From contig NW_021836133.1 of the NCBI RefSeq assembly GCF_006345805.1, positions 124,001 through 188,000 of the forward strand: a stretch of DNA of 64,000 nt, in the 5' to 3' direction. The translations under genes and the position numbers were made by a program. This DNA comes from Octopus sinensis. Its lineage: Eukaryota. The notes beneath the pieces were generated by a model that saw only the letters and a program-made list of their open reading frames with translations, searched no databases and was not told where the DNA came from. Shown here one piece after another: positions 24,985-38,189 of this stretch (its first letter is position 1; the number at the start of each line of letters is the position of its first letter).

Positions 24985-25346
24985 TTATTTAATATAAAAC
25001 TTTGAAGATTAATTTGGAATTTAAATACATATAGATCACTTTAATTTCTTAATTGGTTTAGTGACCACAATAACCCACAACGAGATATTTAAATTAATTT
25101 GATTATTTATTTATATTTTTGAATATTATAAAATTTCATTAATAAAAATTTGATTTTTTAATATTTTTTACTCCAATTTTATTATTATATATTATCAGAT
25201 TTGAAATCTTTGGGACCGCTGGAAATCTAAAATTTAATCAAATAATTATTTTTAAAAAATAAACTATTTTTAAATAAATTTAATTCAATTATTTTTATAA
25301 TTGAATATTATTTTAAATAAATTATATATTCGTGTTAGTTTTTCTT

Positions 25347-25643
25347 ATGGTACCTATTTAATGATTTAATGTAGGGGGACGAAGAACTAAAAGTAAACTT
25401 TTATAGAATTAAGCATCGTTAGGACCCTTTTCAAATGCTTAGGGAAAAGTACCGAGAATCCTCTCAGTGCCTTGGCTTTCGAACAGAACTAGAAAACTGC
25501 ATTAACCGTGTTTCTTCCAAAGTAAAAACATCTGAGACTTGTCAACAAGAAACAAACGATTTTCGGGCTTGTGTGGATCGTCTGGTATATTAATTAACAT
25601 ACTCTCCAAGGCCTCTCAAGAAGTCTTTAGTTATTTAAAATGA
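25347..25643 (+). CDS. UQCRH: Cytochrome bc1 hinge subunit (QCR6), copy 1
   Basis: Three GT-AG introns (25, 30, 26 nt). Spliced protein MGDEELKDPFQMLREKYRESSQCLGFRTELENCINRVSSKVKTSETCQQETNDFRACVDRLASQEVFSYLK. Confidence 0.9.
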
Positions 25644-25729
25644 TTTAACTTGTTTATTTTCCAATTAATATCATTAATTATTTTTAATTATAGTCATATA
25701 TATATATTTTTAAACAATTTCCCTTGGAT

Positions 25730-26398
25730 AAACAACAACAATTTATTAAAAATAATGCACACCAAAATATCACACCACAAAATAAAACTACAGGGAACAA
25801 ACTAAATATAATAAAAAAATGACTTTGGCGGGAATTATGCTTTCATGTCCATGATGGCACATGGAACAAAAATATTTGTAGCTGTAGTTACAGAAGGTTA
25901 ACAAAGATGCTAAAAATATTTTTAATTTATTAATTATTTATTTAAATATTTAAAAATAATTTAATAATTATTCAATAAATATTTAAATACAATTGTATGC
26001 TGATGTGGAGCATCCATAACACGTAGTTTCGTTTCTATTTGGAGACAATTCCATATGTCGATTAGTGACTATAAAAAGTCGACAAAGCTCAGAATTTGAC
26101 AATCTTTCCGATTTTTTACTTATATTACATGACTAGAATTTATTTTTTTAAAAATGCCAGGATTTTGTTGGATTCGGAATCGTCCAAAAAATGCCCAATG
26201 TTGAGAGAAAAATATTTTTTTGCTGAATTTTTTATTTTATTTCTTTCGAATTTGACCAGTGATGCATCAGCTTTAAGAAAGCCCATGTTTTCCTATAGAA
26301 ATGACAAATTTGGTTACATGTTGGAGAGATTGTTCGGTTTCTGTTTTAATGTATGTTAAAAGATTTTCTAGTTGAGAATTTCGTGTGTAGTTTTGCAT
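25730..26398 (-). pseudogene. Internally deleted duplicate of the Rubicon-homology gene
   Basis: Copy of 24408-24984 that lacks most of the zinc-finger exon. Confidence 0.8.
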
Positions 26399-26758
26399 TT
26401 ATTTAATATAAAACTTTGAAGATTAATTTTAAATTTAAATACATATAGATCACTTTAATTTCTTAATTAGTTTAGTGACCACAACAATCCACAACGAGAT
26501 ATTTAAATTAATTTGATTATTTATTTATATTTTTGAATATTATAAAATTTCATTAATAAAAATTTAATTTTTTATATTTTTTACTTCAATTTTATTATTA
26601 TATATAATCAGATTTGAAATCTTGTGGACGACTGGAAATCTAAAAATTAATCACATATTATTTATTAAAAATGAACTATTTTAAAATATATTTAATCCAA
26701 TTATTTTTATAATTGAATATTATTTTAAATAAATTATATATTCGTGTTAGTTTTTCTT

Positions 26759-27055
26759 ATGGTACCTATTTAATTATTTAATGTAGGGGGACGAAGAACT
26801 AAAAGTAAACTTTTATAGAATTAAGCATCGTTAGGACCCTTTTCAAATGCTTAGGGAAAAGTACCGAGAATCCTCTCAGTGCCTTGGCTTTCGAACAGAA
26901 CTAGAAAACTGCATCAACCGTGTTTCTTCCAAAGTAAAAACATCTGAGACCTGTCAACAAGAAACAAACGATTTTCGGGCATGTGTGGATCGTCTGGTAT
27001 ATTAATTAATATACTCTCCAAGGCCTCTCAAGAAGTCTTTAGTTATTTAAAATGA
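26759..27055 (+). CDS. UQCRH: Cytochrome bc1 hinge subunit (QCR6), copy 2
   Basis: Same exon structure as copy 1. The coding differences seen (att/atc, act/acc, gct/gca) are synonymous. Confidence 0.9.
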
Positions 27056-27304
27056 TTTAAACTGTTTATTTTCCAATTAATATCATTAATTACTTTTAAT
27101 TGTAGTCATCTATATATATATATATATTTAACAATTTTTATTGGATAACCAGCTTATTTCGGTATGTAAAAGTAAACTAAAAGAATCTTTATTTTGATTA
27201 GTGGAGTATTCAGAAAAATGTTGTTTCCTTTAGTTTTATTGATAACTTTGATTAAAATTCTTAACATTTTCTACACGAAAGATAAAAAGTAACATTTTCT
27301 ACAC

Positions 27305-28330
27305 GAACAAGGATACGTAGTGTAGTGTGGGTCTTGTCTTCATCTGATCGTCCATATAGCATCAAGAGGTTCTCCATGCTCGTAGGAGTCGAAAGCTTGT
27401 CTTTTGTCCAAAGCTGTTTTCAGGCTCGCCTCAATCTTCTGTTTATTGGACTAGGAAATAGAGTTGCCCCTTACCGTGCATACATACAAGAAACAAGGCA
27501 CGATGTACTGATTGTATAGACATTCAAGTTCTGGGTGCTTTCCAAATTTCCAAAATCCAGAGAAACACTTCAATACGTTGGTCTTCCTTTCGAATTCTGT
27601 TAAGACGTTGTCCACGTGTGGAGAGAAGAACCGACCTTTGGTGGTCTTTGAGCAAAACAGAATTTCGTTTTGTCCAGGCCTTGACGAAGCAGCCAGAATG
27701 TCTCGATCTTTAGGAAATCAAAATATCATTGTCGTTATCTGGCAGAGGCAGGTCGGCAGTAAAAAGATTGAAGACCCGTGATTTTAAACTCGATGGTCCT
27801 CTCCGATTACTGAGAATTTTAATATCTACGGTTTAAGATTGGCTGGGACTTTTGATATAAATATCTTCTGGATAAGAATTTTTATCGACACTTAATCGAG
27901 AGCTTTTTTAGGTCAATAAAACAGAGAACTGTATTTTAGAGACCGAAATTTTGTGAGAATTCTTCCTGGATAAAACTAGTCAAATTGGATTAGTTTGTCA
28001 GTGTAAATCTTCCTTCTTAAAATCCGTATTGTAAGGGCTTATCAGATAGCCCATGTTATTCCGAGAAAACAACTTTTCCAGCACCTTCGACATGAGGGAG
28101 AGTAGGGCAACTGGTCTGTAGGAGCTCGGTTACTTTTTCGAGTTTCCCGGTTTGAGGATTGGGTGTAGATGGGCCATTTTTCACAGAAAATAAATACTGT
28201 TTTTGTTGATAGAATGATTGTAAATTCCAAGATTCTTTAAAAGAATTATTTGAGATTTCATCAGCTCCGCTTGACAGTGTTGACTTAATTGACTATAAAA
28301 AGTATTTATAAAAAGTAATACCTTACCATC
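27305..28330 (-). mobile_element. Degenerate LINE RT / C-terminal remnant
   Basis: Fragmented RT-like and post-RT sequence with many stops. Confidence 0.5.
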
Positions 28331-28344
28331 AACATTGACTGGTT

Positions 28345-31310
28345 ATCACCGACAACTGATTCGTCAAGTTGAACTGAAAACTTGCGTGTAGTCAAGACTA
28401 TCTGAGCAGTTGAACTGTTTGGCGATTGCTTTTGCTATATCCTCGACAGTCTCGGTCTTCCTAGTCCCTGCATGGCTTTCAGGTGCTCCACCCAAGTATA
28501 ATTGTAGTGCACCAAAGAGAGTTTTGTAGCACCAATCAGTGATTGGAGTGATCACCAGTCTTCCACTTTTCCCGAAGTATTCGTATTCATATTTGATACA
28601 TGAGTTGATCATCCGAATCATCACATTCTCGTCCTTTGAGAAGCATATTTTTTATTAATTCGTAATTTGTATCGACGTTTTTGTTAATAAGACTGCTCAC
28701 GGCATCCCTGGCGTGACATCCAGCATAATCAGAGCTTTGAGAGTCATCCTGTTTTGCAAGCTCAACTTGCCCCTGACGAGCAAGACGATATCGAGAATCT
28801 GTTGATTGCTTTGAGAGAGATATTGGCTTATATCTGTCAGTCCACAATATTATAGTCTCTCCTTCTCTGATAGCCTCGTGCACCTTACAAGTCCAATTAT
28901 ACATTGAAGTCTGTCCAGTCACTCCAAAACCCAAAGAATCCGATTAGTCGTCAAATATGAGTCAATCGACTCCACCACTGCTTTTTTGACCGACACAATC
29001 ATTGCCGTCTCCAACACAAGCAACCACTTTCCCGTTTGTCCCTTGGCTTTAGCTGTAGAAATGGTTTGGTTGAATTCCACTATTGAACTATACATGTGAG
29101 TCACGTGCTGAATATCAGTGAATTCCAGTCGAGCAATTCCCTCAAAACACTTTTTGAGGTGGGGATGGACTCTGCCAATGTTATTATTCGCATTGCCTCG
29201 TGGGGTCTTTGGTTCTGATAGAATTTCCAGTAATTCGTCGTTTGACAAGAAGAAGCGGGGAAAGTAAGTTTCCAAGTATTCGTTAAGTCCCTTGAATATC
29301 AATGCCATGCCTACTTTCAAATTAGTTCCAAAAGTTCGTTCGACTTTATTAGTTTGGTGAGCATGTTGTTTATTTTGACAACCGAGAGTGTCCGTCTGCT
29401 ATAACTTGCTTCATGACATCCCGCTATGTTTTGTCCACGCTCGTAAAACGCCTTCCTTCTTCGTGCATTTGTGCATAATGTCGAGAGAACTGAAAATGGG
29501 CTCCAAGTTAAGCGAAATAGATACTGAGCTACTCGTCGAAAATGCCCTGAATAAAAATGAGGGTGTGTTCCAATTCTCTGAACTATCGAAACAAAAAAAC
29601 TTGATTTGTTGTTTGAAGGGTTTGATTAAAGGAGACCCTCGAATGGTCTGAGTCTTGACAAACTGTACGGAATCACCATGTACTCAATCTAAGAGTAGAT
29701 TTACTAAACGAGTACCTCCGCCCATTCTCCACTCATCTTCTGAATTGCCTTCTTGAGGGCATAATCCCTTTCAGCTGCCTCAGATATGAATTCGAATTAA
29801 CCGATAAAGTTTTCCACTTCCAACAAAATAACGTAATCGAGATTGAATTCCGAGTCGTTGGAATCCACAATGAAATCAATCAACTCGGAGATCTGATTCC
29901 AATGACGATCTCTCATTCCAAGGTTGAAGAATGTCTGAATCATTGGAATATTCTCCCTGAAGTCTTTCACGTCTTTTTTAACCTTGAAATGTCACATATT
30001 GGAGATACTTGCATGCTCATCAATTTGGGGACGCCGAATCTTCGAACGTCGTAAAGAGACCGAATATTATTGTTGGTCTTGTTGTCCACATCCTCAGGAA
30101 CCAAGTCCCCTCGCTTGCACTTATTCCATTTACTGCCGCTTCATTATACTGCACAAACTTTTTATTTTCCATGAATTCGGTTGCACAGCTTCTGTAGAAT
30201 TTTGTTTTATAAAACCTCGGCCCGGTTGGTTGCCGCTGTGAACCTCAAACAACCCGATCCTGCAAAGTGGGGATTCAAGACTCAACTGTTTTATTCTTTC
30301 CAACCCATGGGTGATTTCTCTATGCAAATTGTAGTATTTCTCAATTTCCACACAACTCTGAGAGAAGGGAGGTAATTGCTCAGCCTACAATTAGTGAAGT
30401 GCCCTACTTGCGATGAGATCAAATAAAAATATTAATTTTAGAAATTACAGTAAAAAACGAGCCCTTCGATTTCACTTTCCAATTTGCATTTTATTGAGTT
30501 CGTATGAGCTGCCACTATTTTGTCCAATACGGCCGGATTCAAGTAATATGGGAACTGCCGTCTACTTCGGGCGTCAATATCATCTTTGAATAACTCTCCA
30601 AACTATGGATTAGCATTTCTTGGAGGAGATTGCTCATTAGTATGGCAGTCGAGTTAAAAAAAACGAACTTGCTTTTGTCTTGCCCAAAGGAAGCTGGCTT
30701 TTCTTATTTCCTTCGAGAAACGCGTTCTGAACTTGAAAGAGCCACTTGGTAGAATGACATGCTATACTTTTTGAGCAGCGTGTCCTTGACGCACTCGATG
30801 CTCTGGAGACAATGCCTGTAAAAGTCTTTTAGTTCGATTGGTTTATTAAGTCCTTTTGTGCCGATGAATCTCAGATTGCTAATACAATAATCCAATTAAT
30901 GTCTACACCTGTATGATCCTTTCCACTGGCATGGCAGTTTGATGAAACAAGTGTTGGCTATATTGATAATTCTGTTCATATTTTTCCGATTTCTTTTAAA
31001 GTCGGCTTCCCATGGCTTGGGAATAACGGCAATGTCACTTCGGTGTGTGAACGGAAAGTCTATTCCGTGCATTTGGAAGGGTTTGACATTGTCAAACACA
31101 AAGTCCACTTATAGTGTCTCACCTATTACCTTCCTCACACCCAAAAATAGTTCTCCTGCATATTCTCGACAAGGGACTCGATTAAATCATTCGATTGGCT
31201 CTAAATCTAACTTGAGGAAATAAACGTGTTTGAGGGACAGACCAATCATCGAACAGGACTTGTCTGTCCAGTGATGCAGGTGCTGAGTTTCGATCCCGTT
31301 GTTTATATAG
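28345..31310 (-). pseudogene. Axonemal inner-arm dynein heavy chain (DNAH7/3/12-like) pseudogene fragment
   Basis: [17 protein letters not shown]...[31 protein letters not shown], decayed Walker A ([15 protein letters not shown]) and FNCSD. Many indels. Tiny intron retained at 29172-29196. Confidence 0.9.
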
Positions 31311-31329
31311 TAGTATTATTTCTTAAGTT

Positions 31330-32302
31330 GTGCAATTTAGACTAACAATGTATCAATTTCTCTAAAAGATATGTCTTCTTGGTTTTGTATTACATTTTTC
31401 CTAGTATTTGTTGTACAAGGAAAACATTATAAGCTTTACAAGTCCTTGCCTAAAATTTTCCCGATCCTTTTTGATTAGTGTGAAATTTTTTTGACTTTGT
31501 TTTGGTCAATTCAGAGGCTGCAATGTTTTTGCAAATTTCAAAACTGTTTTTGGATAATTTGTACGTGAATTGTGGCTTCTTCTGACTCCACGACAACATC
31601 TTTTTTTCTTGAATGATAGGAAGAAGTGTATACGAACTTGTCCGCTTTTTCGCCTGCTTGAGATCAAAAGGATCCTATTCCAAGTAGTCTTATCAATTTA
31701 ATACAATAAAGCTCTTCATAGCAGTTTGTAATCCTAGAATATGTCCTAACTATATTTATTTGTTTCCGTCTATTAACACCAGCTCTTTATAGAAATAGTC
31801 TTTTCTGAGTCCACCACATTGGTAAAAATTGAGGAGAGGTTGATTTGTTTTCCGATGTAACTGGAATAAAAAAATTAAAAAGTCCGTGACTAATGTTAAG
31901 ATTTTACTCACAAAGTTCGGTTCATTAAATTTTTTGCCTTGCATACCGGGCAAGAGTCCAAAACCCTCATAACATCAGATCTGTTAACTCCATAAACAAT
32001 TTCTTTTAATAGACCCATTAGTCTATCACGGCCGGGATGCCCATTTGATTCGTGTACTTCATTGATGAATTGCATTTTTTCATTCATTTCACATGAAGAA
32101 AAAACACGCAATAACACTCCAGGTGCAGCACGATAATATAAAATTTCCGACGATTCAAATCGTTTTAATTTAAATCGTCTGGCGGTCTTCCGAAATTTTC
32201 TTTTCGATTGAGAACAAGAATCGAGATATGTTCCGTTCCTCAAATATTCGATAATTTGTTGAACTCGCTCATGAGTAAGGTCACAATGTCGCATCGCATG
32301 TC
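31330..32302 (-). mobile_element. Ginger/TDD-like (KRBA2/SCAND3-type) integrase element remnant
   Basis: H2C2 zinc domain HESNGHPGRD...CPVCK in ORF 31908-32294. Confidence 0.7.
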
Positions 32303-32419
32303 ATAATTTGATATGTAAAAATAAAATTTTAGACAAGCCATTCTAAAATAATAAATTAAACATTAAAATTATTATAAAAATAAGTAAAATACTATCATTA
32401 AGTATAATTTATGTCTGCT

Positions 32420-33540
32420 ATTTACTTTTGCCTTTTTAATTCAAAGTGGGTCCTATCAAGCCTGGGGGTCCCTTCAGACCTGTGACACCTTTTATGAAGA
32501 TATTTGGATAAAAGACAAAAGATTTGGACAAAACAGAGATACCCCTTGAGAATTATATGCCGTTGTTTAGAGCCCTGCCAAAACTGAGTAAGGAACCTGA
32601 AATGCAGCAATAACTCTTATCAAAGGAAAGTACGCAGCAACATAGCTTATTGTCGTAAAAAAGTTAAAACTCAAGGAAATTCACTCGTATGAAATCGCCG
32701 GATATTGGTGTCTGTATCTGCATTAAACAGCTGCACTACTCCGGGACCGGATCGAGTATATTCTATTTCAATAAACTCCAAATCCATAACATAAATATCA
32801 TCGAGGACAGACTATGTGAATTCCTATCTCTGGAGATGAAAACTGAATCCTTCTGGCTACAGATTGGAGATATATATATCGAAAAAGCTCCTTCCCTGGG
32901 TTTAATTTGATCAATAATTTCTTCTCTAGTTGAGGATACTTATTGGCTACTTAAACTCAAAACATATGGAGTTTGACTGTCGGATGAATAATTAGGACGG
33001 TCGTAGACTGAAGAAAATTACTGACTCTGTCAGGAACTTCGAGAATCTGACCAATCAATCGCCCAACGGCTGGATAACTTGTGTTTAAGCGTCTGCTCGC
33101 ACACTATCGAGAATCTTCAACATCTATTGAAAGACAAGAATGCCAATCCACTTGATACAGCTTCTCAAAACTAATTGGCCGCACTACAGTAGCTCCTTGA
33201 GAGCATTCCTACACGACAAAGATTTCCCTGACGGATACAGCTCTGTTCTCGATATAGACTACGTGAGTGATGAATTAAACAAATTCATGCATCTCTATCT
33301 GACCTCTTACACAAAGTTACGATCCTGCTCAACACAAGAAAGCGCCTGAAAGATAAATTCAGACACTGTGTGACCCCATCGACAGGGATACGATAAAAGA
33401 CATGATCTCTGAAATTGGTGTAACACTAAACCTCTCGATAAAGTTGGGCGTAGCCAGTCAGAAGCCTTGGAAAGATCTGACCACATAAACCAAAACTTCT
33501 GGAGGTTTCAAATAGTTGAAAATCTCAAAGGAAAATCCAA
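32420..33540 (+). mobile_element. Degenerate LINE (APE endonuclease region)
   Basis: Decayed APE-like sequence, including an LNSKH motif near 32950. Confidence 0.5.
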
Positions 33541-33770
33541 GTAATTTTTTGTTCTTTTTTTGGTCATCTTGAAAAGTAAGTATTTGTTCAGAATTTTATG
33601 AATTTTGAAATAAAGAATAAATCACGCTAATGTCTATTTTTACGATAAAGAGCAAGTATTTACTTCTTTTGAAAAAATGACAGGGATTTTCGAGTTTCCA
33701 CCATGTTAACAAACTGTAGAACGTGTAATTTATTCATTTAAAAAATTAAATAAACAAATATAAAATATTA

Positions 33771-34656
33771 CAGTGGAACTTGTCTAAACCAGATTCCGAC
33801 AGGACCATTAAAATAGGCCGGTTTATAGAGAGATCCGGTTTATCAAGGTTTTAAAAAGATTGTTTAAGGTTTGATTTTTTTTCACAATGGCCGTGTTGTT
33901 CAGAATCATTAATTTTTATTACGGAAAAAGAAAAGGATCCTCCGTGCAAGCGAAGTGCTGTATATCTTCTAGCATTGAGCGAATGTCAATGCGAGTTAAT
34001 TTGGCTTCGTCTGCTTTTTGCGACTCGCCATCGTCGTTAGAATCACTCGGACTCTCCGCATCAGTCGGTTTTCGAGGAAGATGCTGCTCCAAGAGAGCAT
34101 TTTCCCATTCGTCGGGATCTAGCCCTCTGAAACCATTCCCAAGTGATCTTATTTAGATCATCCAACTTGCATTTATTTTCAAAACGCTTTCTCTTGCTGT
34201 TTCCATTTTCATCGTATATGTCCAGATATTTAGCAAGTTTTTCAGAATATCCGATACAGTGCTGGTTCCAATACCATATTTTTGGCTTAGATCTTTCTGT
34301 GTTAACTTGGGTGTGGATTGATAATCTTTTATGAGTTGAACTTTGTGGTTCAGGTCGAGTTTTCAGCGAGTACGTTTCATTGATAGAAGTCAAATATGAA
34401 ACTTATTAGCCTTTAAAATTATTATTTTTAATTTTTAAAAATAACAGTTATTTTTAATATCTCTTTGTCCGGTTTGCACAGTGTGAAAAAAGCCGTTGGG
34501 ACTTGACATTACGGCCGGTTTTCAGAATATAGAGGATCCCGAATAAAGAGGTGAAATTTATATTGAAAAATACTGTAAAAAATTGGGACCGGAGAAAACG
34601 ACCGGTATACGGAGAGATCCGGTATATTCAGGGGCCGGTTTAGACAAGTTCCACTG
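33771..34656 (-). mobile_element. Internally deleted Tigger/pogo element
   Basis: Perfect 20-bp TIR cagtggaacttgtctaaacc / ggtttagacaagttccactg with TA TSD. CENP-B HTH fragment LNKITWEWFQRARS. Confidence 0.92.
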
Positions 34657-34719
34657 TAATTTTAATAATTGTAAAGTTGATCATAATCCCATATTACTGA
34701 ATAATACTAAATATGATAA

Positions 34720-34797
34720 TTGGGACATTCCGGAACACATAACTGCGGGACAAAATCCGGGACAAGGCTCCTTTATCCGGGACGGATGGTAATCCTA
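34720..34797. mobile_element. Solo hAT-like terminus with gggac subterminal repeats
   Basis: Repeated gggaca motifs ending in ggatggtaatccta (reverse complement taggattaccatcc). Confidence 0.5.
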
Positions 34798-35308
34798 TTT
34801 TAAAGGGGGTATTCAGTTTGTAATTAATATATTAATGAGAATTACTAATATTTGTTATTGTAGATTGCATTAATATGGCCTGTTTACTATAGAGAGGGAT
34901 CACTATAAAGAGGGTTGACTGTAAAAGACAGTTTAAATAAGCAATCTATTCAATTAGTACAGAATTGAATGAAAAAATTATCAAGTTCCAAAAGAATAGA
35001 CTTGTTAATCTCTGAGTGATAGGCAAGAAAAAGTACGCTTTTTTAACCATAATTACATTGGAAACCAGCTAAAATATAAACCACATTTGTTGCTGTTACT
35101 CGTGTTTTAGTGGATTAAAGTTGTTTTTTGTAAATAAATCGAAGAAAAGACAATGTAAGTAACTAAAAGGATAGTTAAAAAGGCTCTTAATTACTCTTCA
35201 GCCACCTACACTAGCCAGCATCTAACATGCAGGAAAAAAATAAATTTTTCTTTGAGATAAAATTAATTTTTCTTTTAAAATCTTTCGTCAAAATAAAAAA
35301 GCCAAATT

Positions 35309-35380
35309 AGGCTCCGTTGGGGATCGAACCCAAGACCTTCTGTTTACTAGACAGACGCTCTACCACTGAGCCACGGAGCC
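35309..35380 (-). tRNA. tRNA-Thr (AGT)
   Basis: 72-nt cloverleaf GGCTCCG...CGGAGCC-T with anticodon arm TCTGT-CT AGT AA-ACAGA, T-loop GTTCGA, and a downstream T6 Pol III terminator (35295-35300). Confidence 0.96.
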
Positions 35381-35467
35381 TTGATGTTTGCCTTTAATTA
35401 TAATTTTAATTTCTGACAATGATCCTAAAACTGTCTCAATCACAGTTGGCAATTTTCTGACTAACCT

Positions 35468-35795
35468 TTTGGCGAACGAATTGAAGGTAATCCATAATGC
35501 AAAGGTGAATGTCGTACCGTTGGTTATTACGTGGGATGAAATAACATCCAGATTGTATAAACACTACCAGAACTCCTTGCAAGTCCAGGAATCTACGCGA
35601 GCTTATATCCAGTCAATCGTGATCAAGAGAACATTGGAAAGCATGCGCCCGGAGTATAAAGTCATTCCTACAGCGGCGAAGCATGCAATTAAATCGGACT
35701 CGAAAACAACCACAAAAGTGGCCTGCCCTGTAAAATGGATAAGTGTACCCGTCGAAGACATTTGCTCGGGCTTGAAGAGGAGGAGAATCGACTGA
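35468..35795 (+). mobile_element. R4/NeSL-like RLE retroelement 3' remnant
   Basis: LLANELKVIHNAKVNVVPLVITWD...AYIQSIVIKRTLES; same family as 21990-22456. Confidence 0.72.
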
Positions 35796-36019
35796 AAGCA
35801 GACGCAATAATTAAAAATCAATTTTATCTGGACTTTTCAAATAAATATTTGTTAACACTATTTTGTGAACAAATGAGAAAGATCAATAAAAGTATACATA
35901 GAAACATATTTTTGTGGTATTTTTAATTGAATCAATTACTAATTAAGAACATTCTGTATTAGTTTTTTGTTGACAATTTCTTTTGATTTTTACACTTCTT
36001 GCAATTCACAATGACTAAT

Positions 36020-37004
36020 TTTATTAAAATATGTTAATTTACATTTAATTAGAAGTCCGACAAAGATAAATGTAATTGATACTGTTCCAAATATATAAAT
36101 TTCTACAATTTATCAACTGAAATAAACTTTTGACGTCTAATTTGTCCTTATTTTCTAACCATGATATTTCTTTTCTTTCCACAAAGCTTTGAATTACGTA
36201 TTTTTCTACCACTCCATTTGGGAAAAAAAATTTTATTGTTATAGTTGCGAGGTCTTTGTCTCCATTAAATTTTTTGATTATGGCGAACTCTAAAAATAAT
36301 CAAAATTTTTTGTTTAACTATTTCGGACTTTTTCGCATATATTATTATAATCATACATACAAATTTCGGCCGAAGTGAAATTGTCAAATTTTGTTTCAAT
36401 GTAGAAAAAGAAATAATTGTTATAATAGTATATAATTTGCATACTTGAATAAACGTTATCAAAATCTATTTTTAACTTTTTCTAATTACCAAAAAAGATT
36501 TTTTGGTCTTTTGATTGTATCCAATATCTGAAAGAAGCATTATAATTATTCAATTCGTAGGAGTTATTTGCTTTATGAAATCCATATTTTTTGCCGTTTC
36601 TCATCTTTTATATAAAGAATAAAAATAAACTATTTCTATTTTTTCGTCTAACGCTTGTCCAGATCCTTTTCTATAAAATCTAAAATGTTCCACTCTTCCA
36701 TAAAATTTTCCATATATTACCTCTGGCAATTCTATAATATATTTTCTAAATCTCAAACCCTGATACCAAATGTCATAGCTTTTATTTCCACAATTCATGC
36801 TGTAAGAGTTATATTTATCAATTTTAAATGCTTTAATTATTTCTAGAAATTCATTTAAAAATTTTTTACCAGTCAAATTTAGACATTTTGGATCTTCAAA
36901 AAGAGTCCCATTTGACAAATAAAATAATTCTAAACAACATTTGAGATTATCATAGCATTACCTTTCCCTATTGCAATTGAAAAAAATAACTGTAATAATA
37001 ACAT
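36020..37004 (-). pseudogene. Orphan signal-peptide protein family, copy A (disrupted)
   Basis: MLLLQLFFSIAIGK, then a 32-nt intron (36930-36961), then ELFYLSNGTLFEDPKCLNLTG. Paralogous to 38190-39126. Confidence 0.6.
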
Positions 37005-38189
37005 TTAAACAATCGCAAGAAAATGCCTTATAAATGTTGTTATTTGATAAATTGACACGTTTTCCTTCCTCAATAAATACGCCAATTTTAGATAAAAATA
37101 AGAGAAAATTTATTGCTATTTTAAATAATTTCAAGTGAGTTATTAAGTTAATAAAAAATAAATTCGTATTTTTATTGGGAGACCACAGCCAACATGACTC
37201 CTTTACAATTACTAATGGGTACTTTTTCCGTGATTATTCAGCTTTGATGTTGCTCAATATATCAAGTCTATCAAAAACATAAAATCTTATTTTCATAATT
37301 TTCGATTTTTTCTTAGTGGTGTTATATGCCAAGCACATTCATTGTTATGTTCGTTCAAGGCGACAGTTCCTACTGTCAGTTCACCAAGCAAAAATAATCA
37401 AAAAAATCATAAAAATCGATCAAATCTCCGAAGCCAATTTTTGAAGAACCAAATGTACAAATGTACGAATGCATGATTGTAAGAATGCATGAGTTGATCA
37501 GGAAAGTCAGCGGATTGATATTACCATACTGAACAAGTCGGGATTGAAACTAACCCACTTATCATTAATGAAATGCTTAAGAAAAGGATAAAAGTCGACT
37601 ATTAATATTTCAAGGACACTGACGGAGTGGTTGGGGATAATGAGTAGGCTCGTGTGTTTAATTTATTAAATGTAAATAATTTATTTGAATATGAAAAGTA
37701 TGCTTGTTCTTTTATCACTGCAACAGAAAATAACACAAATCAATCTCCTATCTCAAGGGTAGAAAACGAGTCTCTCAAAGTATTGCTTTCCTCCCAATCT
37801 CGACCAGTTTCGTATTAAGAATCTAGTGGAGGCTACTAAATCTCCTTTAGGCCACATAACGAACACAATTAGAATCATCCTCTAACTAAGCCTATGCATA
37901 AGTTTATATCCTGTAAATTCTTTTTACCCAAATACTTAAAGTCTTTTTAGAACGATTATTTTATTTGCGACCAGGAAAAGTTAGAAAACAAGAAAAAACT
38001 TTCCCGATACAAAAAATAGAGGAAATTTAAATCAACATTAAAATTAATTACTAAACGGAAATTAATCAAGATTGTATTTTAATTAATAGCTAATTAAATT
38101 TTCACAGAATTCCGATCTGTTTCAAACTCCGGAAGTTGCTTTCTTATCATTATTAATTTGTTTTGACCTAGTATATTAAAATTTATTCA

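Larger units (their letters stand above)
23857..27148. repeat. Tandem segmental duplication (about 23857-25729 / 25730-27148); copy 2 has a ~460-bp internal deletion
   Basis: Near-identical sequence at about 1412-bp offset. At 25820 copy 2 jumps from the 23948-equivalent to the 24408-equivalent position at an aaat microhomology. Confidence 0.92.

Noticed and set aside
28345-31310. Dynein fragment as a processed retrocopy
   Set aside because: It retains at least one tiny intron (29172-29196) and has no poly(A) tail.
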